DNA of 63,978 nucleotides, filler included, from Nemertoderma westbladi (taxonomy: Eukaryota > Animalia > Xenacoelomorpha), in the NCBI GenBank assembly GCA_032718475.1. It is 3 parts of 3 records of this genome, joined end to end, with 100 filler letters (N's around TTAATTAATTAA, not from the genome) between each part and the next. Parts side by side here need not be neighbours in the genome. Positions count along the whole stretch, not along the records: positions 1 to 28,651 come from JAUCBJ010007395.1; 2 more parts are not named here. One strand, 5' to 3'. Made by a program: the position numbers and the translations under genes. Shown here piece by piece: positions 11,835 through 23,815 of the stretch; position 1 is the first letter of the stretch, and each line of letters opens with the position of its first letter. A model generated the notes under the pieces. It did no database searches, had not been told where the DNA came from, and saw only the letters and a list, made by a program, of their open reading frames with translations.

Positions 11835-12663
11835 TGTTGATGACCTACTCATTGTTGTTATATCTTTTGCCTAACCCAACCATATGACTCTCCCCACATC
11901 ATTCACCCTGTTATTATGCGTTGTCCTAACTATAGTTATATAAAGATAGGCCCATACATTCTATGTTATCTTTTATAAGTGCGCTACATTATTATATGGA
12001 TAAAGAGGATAGGTATGGTATACCTTAGTATAGTTATACAATGCCCACAGTAATTATCAGCAGCTTTAGTAAACCTTCCCTATTGGCCAACCTGTCCACA
12101 ATATCTAATATTACTCAACCAGTGTTTCTCCTTGTTTATAAAGTGTATATCTCTCTGATTGGCTCACATGCAATGTTTATTTATCTCATTTGTACTTTCC
12201 TGTGGGTTTATATTGCCTTACATATTTGCTATATGATATAGCGGTTGTTATAGCTAGTTATCTGACAGTGACACTGAAGCGTTAGGGAAGCACAGCCGGT
12301 TTCAGTATGTTTAGAGTTGGATCTTTCATTAATGTATTAACATCATAACAATTAAGATTACTGATTAAACCACATAAATCTACTTATCAACATTATTGCA
12401 ATTATCATTATTATTAACGTTACCGTATACATTAACATAGTGCATTAATTATATTCATCTTGTTATCTTAGTGTAATTTAGAAATGCTATTGGGATTATA
12501 TTGACAATTATTATTATTATATTTCATTTATATTTATACATGTTCTTTTAGCTAAGGTTAGATGCTTACATACATATGACAAATGACACAACTCAAAGGT
12601 CCATCCTGTTTCGTTTATTGATTTAGTTTATAAACATATCAACGACCGAGTTGTGCGTTGATA
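11835..12663 (+). repeat. 3' LTR of element 1 (829 bp)
   Basis: Direct repeat of 3095-3921, followed by TSD TGACC. Confidence 0.95.
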
Positions 12664-14000
12664 TGACCGAAGTATTGGTTGACCGAAGGATTGGTTGACC
12701 GAAGTATTGGTTGACCGAAGTATTGGTTGACCGAAGTATTGGTTGACCGAAGTATTGGTTGACCGAAGTATTGGTTGACCGAAGTATTGGTTGACCGAAG
12801 TATTGGTTGACCGAAGTATTGGTTGACCGAAGTATTGGTTGACCGAAGTATTGGTTAACCGAAGTATTGGTTGACCGAAGGATTGGTTGACAGAAGTATT
12901 GGTTGACCGAAGGATTGGTTGTCCGAAGTATTGGTTGACCGAAGTATTGGTTGACCGAAGTATTGGTTGACCGAAGTATTGGTTGACCGAAGTATTGGTT
13001 GACCGAAGTATTGGTTGACAGAAGTATTGGTTGACAGAAGTATTGGTTGACAGAAGTATTGGTTAACCGAAGTATTGGTTGACCGAAGGATTGGTTGACC
13101 GAAGTATTGGTTGACCGAAGTATTGGTTGACCGAAGTATTGGTTGACCGAAGTATTGGTTGACCGAAGTATTGGTTGACCGAAGTTTTGTTTGACTGAAG
13201 TATTGGTTGACCGAAGGATTGGTTGACCGAAGGATTGGTTGACCGAAGTATTGGTTGACCGAAGTATTGGTTGACATAAGTATTGGTTGACCGACGTATT
13301 GGTTGACCGAAGTATTGGTTGACCGAAGTATTGGTTGACCGAAGAATTGGTTGACCGAAGTATTGGTTGACCGAAGTATTGGTTGACCGAAGAATTGGTT
13401 GACCGAAGTATTGGTTGACCGAAGTATTGGTTGACAGAAGTATTGGTTGACCGAAGTATTGGTTGACCGAAGGATTGGTTGACCGAAGTATTGGTTGACC
13501 GAAGTATTGGTTGACAGAAGTATTGGTTGACCGAAGTATTGGTTGACCGAAGTATTGGTTGACAGAAGTATTGGTTGACCGAAGTATTGGTTGACCGAAG
13601 TATTGGTTGACCGAAGGATTGGTTGACCGAAGGATTGGTTGACCGAAGTATTGGTTGACAGAAGTATTGGTTGACCGAAGTATTGGTTGACCGAAGTATT
13701 GGTTGACCGAAGTATTGGTTGACCGAAGTATTGGTTGACCGAAGTATTGGTTGACTGAAGTATTGGTTGACCGAAGGATTGGTTGACCGAAGCATTGGTT
13801 GACCGAAGGATTGGTTGACCGAAGTATTGGTTGACCGAAGTATTGGTTGACTGAAGTATTGGTTGACAGAAGTATTGGTTGACTGAAGTATTGGTTGACC
13901 GAAGGATTGGTTGACCGAAGTATTGGTTGACCGAAGGATTGGTTGACCGAAGTATTGGTTGACCGAAGTATTGGTTGACCGAAGAATTGGTTGACCGAAG
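12664..14000. repeat. 16-bp tandem repeat, right arm, about 83 units
   Basis: Same unit and orientation as 1832-3094; resumes in register after the TSD. Confidence 0.98.
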
Positions 14001-14699
14001 CTCCTGAAAATATCTCGTCAACAAGTGAACCCACCGACTAGCGGCATTGGCTGTTTTCGCTGACAGGGATCTGTTGAAAAACGCGTCTCTGATAGTTTGA
14101 TAGCAGTAAAGGGTGTCTCTTTATTGAGGGGAAGTATTATTATTGCCGTGGAAATATGCCCAACTCATCTACTCATCTCATCACCCCTCCGACTCATCCC
14201 GCTCTCCGACGAAAATGAACAACAAATCGAAATACACCAACCCGCACCCCTGCCCCACACCCACACCCACCCGCACACCAACAGTACTGTACGTTCTGGG
14301 AGATTGGACCAAAGACAAAAAAAACAGACCATGTTAAATCATGCAATTAAAGCGGTAAGGTGGCAAAGACGATCGAATGTATGATTGACTGAGATACTGG
14401 CCACAATCGCACTTCATTGAATACATATCGTACATCAACTCATACTAAATTAAGTACAATGCTCACCTGACATTTTGGCTTGTGTCAATATAGGCTTACA
14501 TACATACCCGTTGCTGAACTTTTAACGAACCATTTTTATATTTATACAATTTTTTATAATATGAGTTGCCTTTTTTTCATATTTAAATACATATTTTACA
14601 GATTTTAACATTCTTGTGCTATTGTATATTTTACTATCGGTTGATATATGCCCTAATGATAAATAAAATTAAAAAAAATATATATATATACATACTGGT

Positions 14700-15007
14700 T
14701 GGTTGCTCGTGTGCGAATAATTTTAGGCTACAAACAAAGAGTTCAATGAATGGGAGAATCTAATAGGCTAATTATGCCAAGGAATGCCTGTTCACCACCA
14801 TGGGTGATCTTCCACAGTAAACCCTTCCACCCTGATTACAAAGTTGCCTTGGTTCCCATTTATCAACTACTGAAGGATTAAAAAGCCAGGGTTGGGCTAG
14901 GCTGCAGCATTTAAAGCACTGTGCCCGAAAAGTGCTGCCACATCAAGGGATCGAACCAGGGCTTCCTAATTGGAAGCCCAGGTATGTCACCACTACACCA
15001 AGCTGCT
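14700..15007 (-). mobile_element. tRNA-derived SINE with a Meta-domain-like core (3' boundary approximate)
   Basis: Minus strand: A-box TGGTGTAGTGG, B-box GGTTCGATCCC, then CCAACCCTGGCTTTTTAATCCTTCAGTAGTTGATAAATGGGAACC, which resembles the MetaSINE central domain as I recall it. Confidence 0.7.
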
Positions 15008-16955
15008 TGGTTTAGTAGTAACATTCCTGGGCTGGGCTTGATCTTCTTGAACAAACAGTTCAATAAGAATTACAGTAGCAAGGGATGATGCAGCCCATCA
15101 ACCTCCACCCCGCCAATTCTACCTGAATGAATGAATGAATGCCGGCCTTACGCTGGAGTAACTTCGGCGTTTTATCGCGTGCGTGATGCTCTGGTTATGC
15201 GATGGCGTTACAGTAGGCCTACAGCTGGTTGCTTTTTGTCGCTGTATAAATCACACACGTTAATTAATATAATTCATATTCAATTAATAGAATTTAGTTT
15301 TGCGTCGTAATTTTTGTTGGCGATTTACACAAGTCGAAAAATCCCTAGCAGGGCACTATTAAATAGGAACCGCATCCACAAATGATCTTATTTTGGTTCT
15401 CGAGGGAAAACAAGTTCTACGCTGGAGTTTCGCTCCAGGGGTCGAAGTGGCCTACCTCAAGCCGTTCTCTCAAGCCGAGGAGGTCTCAAACCGCCGGTGC
15501 TGGGTCTTATCCGACAGTCTTCCCACTACAGTACTTTAGGATCCACTAATCACTGCTAATCGATAATCCTTCTCGCGAACAGCGGAAGAACCCCCCCCCC
15601 CCCCCCCCCCACACACACATACTTTCAGAAAAATTTTGTTATAATTACCGGGGAGAAAAATGCGTCCGTGGTACATGACGCTCTACCGTTTAGAATAAGG
15701 TTCATATTATCTAGAGTTAACTCACATAGGCATCGGTATATACAGTGTAGTAATCCACATCCGGATCCCGATAGTAGAAATATTCACCATTTGCGGTACA
15801 GGCATCAGTATACTTTGGAGTTGGCTCTGTTTTGCCAAGACCGCCTACAGCTGTATCCGCCTTTTCCATTTTATTGAGTTTTTCACGATCAGCACATCCT
15901 CCAGTAATAACATACGTTCCACCCAACTTTACAGATCCGACATTTATACCCGCCTATGAATATATTATATGAATGAATTTTAGTTAATATACGACGGGCG
16001 AAAATGGATTATACATCAGGTGAGAATGGTTTTCTACTACTACGTCGAGCGAGCTCAGACAGTGAAAATGAGATCCTTCCAGGCTTCCCGATTGCATATT
16101 TACATACAGTATACAGCCTCGACACTGGCAATGTAATTTAACATGAAGCACATCCAATAACTGACGAGCAGTAATTGGAACTATACTGCTGGGAAGGTCT
16201 ATGGGGATTGGGATTTGGCCGATTCTCCATAGTTGTCGTAATTTTATTTCTCTCAAGTTCAGTATCCCTCTCAAGCTGGTCTATATAGGCCTATGAGACA
16301 GGGGGGGGGGGGGGGGGGGGGGGAACTCGACGCAAAACCCGCCTTGGCGAATTAATATCCCGCCTCAATGTTTAATTCTCAATTTAGGGAAAGGAGCAGG
16401 TTACAGTGTCACGTTATTTTAACCAAAACAATAAACTAAACACAATAGAACAAGATACAGTTATATTTTTGCTCGTATTCAGCTGTTATTTGCGTCCAAT
16501 TTCCCCTAGAGAGGGATTAATTTTTATTGCGTCCAGTTTCCCCCCCTATCTGAGGCCTATAGTCAAGTAACCAAAAAAAAATCAGCCCAAATATTCGTCA
16601 TTGATAAATAACTCACTATTTTTTTTTATAGCAGGTTGTATTCTACAGTTTCTAAGGTATAAAGAAAATAATTTAAAATATTTATTTAATATCATGTGGA
16701 CAAGTATTAAATATAAGTTTGAATGTGTAATAAAAAAATATAAGTTTTTGTCATTTTTCTAAAGTTTTTATTTTTGCCACGAAAATACTTTTCTTTCAGC
16801 TAATAATGACATTAATTACATGTCTTCATAGCATTTAGAGAGGATATATACATAATAGTTACTACTGGTTTGGGAGAAAATGACTAATTTTTTTTTGTGA
16901 CGTAAAATTTCGCAATGTTCCATAAAAATCATTAACCGCTTCTATCTGCTATTAA

Positions 16956-17770
16956 CTAACTGTCCTTTTTGCTACTCTCTATCCATGATCCAAGGTACTG
17001 GAAGTCGTCGACCTTCCTTAGTTGATTATTATCAATGGTTGTCAAGTTTCCATCGACATTAAAAGTCATGAATTCGGTCTTGGTAGCATTTATATGCAAT
17101 CCAACCTCCTTAACAGCCCTTTCCACTTTATTTAGTAGAAGATGTGCGTGCATCTGCTAGTGTATTAGAGAGCAGGGCGATGTCGATGGCGTTCTTGTAG
17201 TGTGAATCCCATTATCCCATTGTGGCCGTCCTCATTGCGTAATCCAGTACAATTACGAATAGTAATGGCGCCAATGTGTACGCCAGTCAGGATTGAGAAA
17301 AAGTCAGTTTCACCATCTGGTGAGAGTACCTGAGCTACTATATCACAATATAAATAATAATCCAATGACAGCCACAATTACCTCTGGTGTTCCATAAGAT
17401 CTCAGTATTTCCAGGATTTTAACTCTCTATGGATGGATTCGAATGCCTTCTTGAAGTCCACAAATGTCAGGACTGCGGGGAGATTCTTTGACTTAATTCC
17501 TTCAATCAGTCTCCGTAGTGCAAGTATCTGAGCTATTGTTGATCTACTTGGTCGAAATCCGTTTTGGCTCTTACGAAGTAGTTTCTCTATGTGAGGCCTA
17601 ATCCTATATAGAATCATTTTATTGTATATTTTGGCAGCTACCACAAGCAGACAGATCCCACGATAGTTTGTATAACGAGGTCTCCTTTCTTGGGAAGAGG
17701 CTTTAGTTGACTTTTAGTCCAAATTGGTGCTGGCTTTTCACCTTTCAGCATCCGGTTGCAAACACCAATA
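16956..17770 (-). mobile_element. Degenerate non-LTR retrotransposon reverse transcriptase fragment (RTE-like)
   Basis: Frameshifted pieces: KIYNKMILYRIRPHIEKLLRKSQNGFRPSRST...FVDFKKAF; SPDGETDFFSILTGV; GLHINATKTEFM...DDFQYLGSWI. Confidence 0.85.
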
Positions 17771-19469
17771 ATGGTCTGTTATGTTTTTTTTTAAATTAAT
17801 TAAGTTAATTTATTTGGACTATATAGCGGTTTTTTGGATGCTGTTCACGATTATATTACTCAAGTATAACATTCGAGAAATATTTGGTAATTTTGAATGT
17901 GCCCATGGGGTACAAAAAAAGCAAGTAGTGAATTTATGATAAAGAAAAATCACAGCCAAACTTTGATAATCGAAAATCATTACCGGTACCAAATCAACCT
18001 GATGTTATGACATTGGGGGTTTTCTCGGATGCTGATCAGGAATATGACACTCAAAAATGACGTATTATCCAACCAAATTCGATTCTTCCCGTTTGAAATT
18101 TAATGCTACTTGATTTTTTCGTCCCACCAGATAAGTAAAAAAACGAAAGTTGCGTTACGAATTATGTTAATTAATTAATTATTTTTAATGAATGTATCAT
18201 GATGAGCGATCTTGAAAACCAGTATAGCTTCAGAATTACCAAACCAAAGGCTAAATTTGGATCGGTTTGGAATAAAATTAGTGACAAAAAATGGGAATCT
18301 TTCAGATAATATTTTCTTATCGATGAACATAACTTGAATTTTCAATCAAACTTATTCAGATTACCTCATTACACCTCATTAGTTTTTTAATCAATTCGAT
18401 TGACATTTCATATTTCCCGATAATTCCCGGTATTCTTCACATGGGGTTAAACTGCAAAGTGAAATATAACAGCAGAAAGTCAATTTTACTTAATATGGCC
18501 CATAGTTTATTTTCATGTTGGTTGAACCTAAAAATAAAACGGCCATGTAGCCATAACAACCCTAGGTGAATTTAGCAGCATTTCGGACTATTTCCGTTGG
18601 CTCAGTAATGGCCGTAATGTCAATAGAAAACGTATTCTCATCAAAATTCTGATGTTACACTCAGAATAGTAACTCAAGTTGTTGTACACTAGTAGGCCTA
18701 CAATACGAATAGGAAAGGCTGGGATTGGTTGACCGACAACGAAACTTTCAATAGAGTTTGATGTTCTGGAATGCTCTCTAAGTCACACTAACGTCTTCGC
18801 CTATTGCAATACTTACATAACAATGTTTGGTGTCAGTAGTTTCAGGTGCGCATTCTTTGGAAATTATTCTTTTTTTAGATATTGCCGTTTACCAATCTTT
18901 CCAACATTAATCCAAATCGCATTTTGTGCAGGTAATAACACCGCCAGTGTAACATTTAATACCCAAGGCTAAAAAAAAAGTAATTATGAAAAATAGCTAT
19001 ATTTATTATTAAACTCACAACCCTATGTAATTAATTAACAGAGAGTTTTTAGACACGTACAGGTATATCTATCATGGATTGTGAAAACTTAGAACAAATT
19101 GAGGGAGATATGGGTGGCCGCAGGTAATAAATATACCTCCAAAAAAGCCAGTTTCCCGCACACCACCGCGACCCACTATTCGAACTACTAAGGGACCATC
19201 TACGAGAAGTCGTGGAGCAGTTCTCCCACAAGAGAAAGATCAAAAAACACTGCCGAATCGTACCGTCCCTTTTACAATAGACTCAGAGACGCCAGTAGAT
19301 CTTAGCGGAATGTCGAGTGAAGAAGTGGCGAGATCTTGTGCATCTGGCAATCTCTGTCTGAGCTTGGCCCGGGGGAGTCAGGGTAACCATACAGCTATGA
19401 ACCCGGGTCACGCTCCTGATGGTCATAGAGTCTGCTCCGGGGCCAGAAAAGTAAAGACTGCTGTGGATG

Positions 19470-20090
19470 AAGGAGTAACGACGGACTCTGTTAGGGTCGG
19501 AGGAGTATCGACGGACTCTGCCAGGGTTGGAGGAGTAACGACGGACTCTGCCAGGGTCGGAGAAGTCACAACGGACACTGCCAGGGTCGGAGGAGTCACA
19601 ACGGACACTGCCAGGGTCGGAGGAGTAAAGACTGACTCCGCTAGGGTTGGAGGAGTCACAACGGACTCTGCCACGTTCGTAGGAGTAACGACAAACTCTG
19701 CCAGGGTCTGAGAAGTAAAGACGGACTCCGCTAGGGTCGGATCAGTCACGATGGACTCTGCTAGGGTCGGAGGAGTATCGACGGACTCTGCCAGGGTCGG
19801 AGGAATGACAACGGACTCTGCCAGGGTTGGAGGAGTCACGGCGGACTCTGCCAGTGTCGGAGGAGTAATGACAGACTCTACCACGGTTGTAGGAGTTTCG
19901 ACGGACTATGCCAGGGTCGGAGGAGTCACGACGGACTCTGCCATGGTCGGAGGAGTCACGAAGGACTCTGCCAGGGTTGGAGGAATCACAACAGACTCTG
20001 CCAGGTTCGGAGAAGTAACGACGGTGCTCCGCTAGTGTCGGACGAGTCACGACGTACTCTGCCAGGGTCGAAGGAGTCACGACGGACGAC
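19470..20090. repeat. 30-bp minisatellite (GGAGTCACGACGGACTCTGCCAGGGTCGGA), about 20 copies
   Basis: Directly visible; gives 10-aa repeat ORFs on both strands. Confidence 0.93.
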
Positions 20091-20147
20091 GGACTTAATC
20101 CTGACATCCTGCTAAGGGATCAACTTTTTAATGATGTTAAACTACTC

Positions 20148-21230
20148 ATGTCTCCAGTAAATTGCGCAAGACTACAGTTCCACAGTCGATCAGCAGCAAG
20201 TGAATTTGCTAATGACATTTACGAACTTTATCGCTGTCAAGAGGATGGCATATTTACAGAATCTTGCAAAAAGCGTTTGAAGGTAGATGCCCCGAATATT
20301 CAGATAATACACATTCTATTGAATGTTTGCGACAAGATCTAATCAATACCATTGCAATAGTTCAAACTCGTCTTTGTCAGATGGAAAATAAGTATGATAC
20401 CTTAAAGACCTGCTATGAAATTATCGAAGAGTAGCTTGCACATGAATGCAATTGCTGTCTTCTATTAGAGCATAAGGTAGAATTGACTACTCCTATAACA
20501 CCACAAAATGTAATCACTGGCAACATTGCTACCACAAACCAGCAGGCTGGATCATCAATTGATACACATGCAGACTTATGTCAATCAAATAATGTTTTAC
20601 AAATATACTTAAGATATCATAATGACTCAGATAATTCCCTAACAACAATTGATTCAACAAACTGTTCCTCAGATCCTGAGAATCTAGAAACATCTGGAGA
20701 TGACAACGTAGACTGGACAAATATTGGCGAACAAAGGAAATCCAGAATCAGGCAGGGAGAGCCTATAGTTACAAATATATCTGTGGTTCCTATGAAGCCT
20801 AGTAAGCAATATAATAGGTTTTCCATTTTAGAGTCCCCCACCTATAGTAAAAGTGCTCCTGATCATTCATCAACATCAGCCCAAACTTCAAATAATGTTA
20901 TGACACCAAACACTAATCAAAACATCACAAATAACAACCCAACCTCAAATCAAGGGAAAACAAACCTATTCTGTGTAGAACCAGGAAGAAACAGGAAAGC
21001 GCTGTAATTTTTGTCAATGGACTACATGCATCAAATACAGAGGCTGACATGAATAATTATTTACTAGAACGAAGTGTAACTCCACGTAAAACTTCCGGCA
21101 AAGTTTATAACAAGATAAAGAACTTCAAGATAATTGTAGATGAACACTCTCTATCAACTGTTCTCACTAAATCCTTCTGGCCCGAGGGTATAGAATGTAC
21201 CGAGTGGTATGAAAGACAAAATATTTTCCA
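20148..21230 (+). mobile_element. Degenerate LINE ORF1-like remnant (boundaries approximate)
   Basis: IFVNGLHASNTEADMNNYL...NFKIIVDE...VLTKSFWPEGI resembles the RRM-like C-terminal block of CR1/L2/Jockey ORF1; NRFSILE motif upstream; broken by stops and frameshifts. Confidence 0.55.
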
Positions 21231-23699
21231 CTTATCTGGAGGCATTGACCAGTATAGGAGAAAGACTCTTTCCAACCCATTTGCCTTATACAACTATACC
21301 CACCCAGAAGGCGCAGCCCCTGTTGAGCAAAGTCAAATTTACCCTTATAACTCTAACTCCCAGCAACAACCAACACAAACCAAAATTAATGACAGAAAGA
21401 GGGATCGTGTAGAATCATATGGAGACAATTATCCAAAGGAATACCGACTTCAACATAAGCGGGATGAGAGACTACTTAATGAAAGGCATCCTTTCACAAA
21501 ACTCCATCATAGTGCACAGACCTACCCCCATGCCAGGACCCAAAAACATAAACCTCAACAACACATAAACTACAGACATCAACAACACCGCCTGTGACAG
21601 GAGCCCAAAGGCACTCCCCCTCCCATATGGCAGGGTCAAGCTCTATTGCGACTAACAACACTATCTTTCGTTGCGTGTCTTGGAACTATTCACAGGATTT
21701 TTATAAAATGTCCAAACTTCAGTTTGCAACTGAGTCTACGAGTAAAGCTTCAGTCAAACTCTCGTTCAAACCATAAGTACATGGGCCTCAGCAGTACTTT
21801 CAAGGATGCAGCCCTAGAACATGGCCTCCTATCCCTATCTTCTCTGCTCAACTACCGCTACCACAAAGGAAACTTGAAGAAGCGCCTGTAACCTCTAAAA
21901 CCAAGTCATATAACTGAAGAACAGGCTAAATTCATAAATGACTGTTACAGCATCAATTGCAGCTTTTCAATGAAGCACCAGCGCCTACTGTATTTCTTCG
22001 GAATTTGAATCAAAACTGTTGCACACCCACACGTTATACCAATTGTTAACGACACTTGCGTTAACTTGGTGCGCACTACTACTTGAATGGCACCTGAAGA
22101 CGGGAGGGGGGCTCGTTTGGGGTTAAGACATGATTTGTAATTGCATCATTTTTAAATACATAATATCTACGATTTTAACCTTTACTTAGATCAACTTTAT
22201 GTCTGTTTTTATTCGTGCAGTGCACTTTTTACTTTATAATTAACTATGTCAATTTTATTTGATTATAAACAATGAATGAATGAACTGTATATCACGGTCT
22301 GGGACAAAGCGATAATCGGTTGATCATGATCTGATAAATTTTTGAGCTACTTATTGTATGTATTTTTCAGGTTTGGGAAAACGAAGACCCCCCCCCCTCC
22401 CCCCACCAACACACACCCGTGCCAGAATTTGTTCCGTAATTTGGTGTACTGCATATGGTGTACTATTAAATATAATTAAATAGCCTCGCGCAGGTGCAAA
22501 ACCATTCATCTTTCGAAAGCTCATAACTCAGCTATTTGATGACGAAATTAAGATTGTGATACATATTTGGTATCCTTGCATGGCACGCTTTCTAACAATA
22601 CCAACAAATCATTATAAGGTAAACCCTATTAAACCCACGGGGGGGGGGGGGGGGGGGGGGGTCAATAGGACCCGCCCCCCCCCCCCCCCCTTGGATTTTT
22701 TGTTATAACTCTAAAACAAACGTAGTTGGGAATCTGAAATTTTATGACTTTTCCTAAAAAATCTATTGTCTTCCTAATAGTAAAAACGGTTTTAAAAATA
22801 ATTGGAAGTTTTCGAGTTATAGCACCATTTTTTAGCCCTACTTTTGGCACTGTTTGAGACGTTTTTTGAAAATTACATTTCATGAAATATTCAATTCAAT
22901 TCATCTTTGTATGTTTGACACGAAATATATAAAAATATATCACGGTTCACTTGCACCAACCCAACAAACTACCTACCATAATTTTTTACACCATAATATA
23001 CACCACCTACCAACATTATATTTAATAGCGGTAGCCAAAAGCTTACTTTACAAACACGTTTAATACATAATACTGTGTGTTCTTAATGGGAGGGATTTTT
23101 ATGTGAAGTCCAGATAGCCACCTACGCCACAGGGGAGAGATAAAAGTTACATCAGAGTTAATAATATTATTGACTATTAAGTTTTTACTAGCAGGCAACC
23201 GAACAATTATACTCAGGGGCGCCGGAAGCAAATTTGTGCGATGGGAGAAGCTGATAAAAAAAGGGCACTGTTTATAATACGATAACATAATTAAAAAAAA
23301 AGTTACACAAAATTCAATTGGGATGTATTTAAAAATACTTATTAATTAACAAGTTTGCATTGTAAACATTTAAATATGTTGTTGTGTGTAAATATGTATT
23401 GTTGTAAATATGTTGTAAACATGTTAGAACAAGTGTTAGTTATCAATTTTGATAAATATTTTGGTTATAGAACACGTTTTTTTTCTAGAACATTTTATGG
23501 AAAAAATACCTTACTGTCAGAAGGTCAAATAATTGTTCTAGAAAAAAAACCTCATGATAAAAGCCTTTTTATAAGAAAAAATTTGGTCAAACTACATGGG
23601 TACCCAGGGTATAGTAATGCCGGTATTTCTCTATGGAAGAAGCTTCGATGGACGATATTGATGCTGAACTAGGCCCAGATAAAAGGGAGAGAAGACTTA

Positions 23700-23815
23700 C
23701 AATAAAACTACGTAAGTGGTGGCAAAAAGTAACATTTTTTTTCTTGCTTTCTTATTTGTCTCGCCACGCTCGATAAAAAAAGCCTACTTTTTTGCCACTA
23801 CTTAAATAGTTATTG
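23700..23815. mobile_element. Short palindromic MITE-like element
   Basis: Imperfect inverted arms CAATAAAACTACGTAAGTGGTGGCAAAAAGTA and TACTTTTTTGCCACTACTTAAATAGTTATTG. Confidence 0.5.

Larger units (their letters stand above)
3095..12663 (+). mobile_element. BEL/Pao LTR retrotransposon, element 1; non-autonomous (gag-protease only)
   Basis: LTRs 3095-3921 and 11835-12663; 5-bp TSD TGACC (3090-3094, 12664-12668); PPT-like GAGTGTGGGGA before the 3' LTR; BEL-type gag and protease; no RT, RNase H or integrase. Confidence 0.93.

Noticed and set aside
1817-14034. Long repetitive ORFs (447, 390, 389, 323 aa) on the minus strand
   Set aside because: Translations of a 16-bp satellite that lacks stops in all three frames on that strand.
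14935-15007. Possible tRNA gene
   Set aside because: A and B boxes are present but the sequence continues into a SINE-like core and lacks a convincing acceptor stem.
15984-16274. 96-aa ORF as an extra exon of the Ly6-like gene via a 39-bp intron
   Set aside because: The exon at 18968-18817 already joins 15953 in phase and gives the expected Cys pattern; this ORF has no recognisable features.
18889-18909. Stop-codon reassignment in Ly6-like exon 2
   Set aside because: Conserved genes in the window terminate at TAA, so pseudogenisation or sequencing error is simpler.
22638-22690. Long poly-G/poly-C tracts here and throughout
   Set aside because: Mostly within probable repeat ends, and homopolymer lengths are unreliable; no specific function can be supported.
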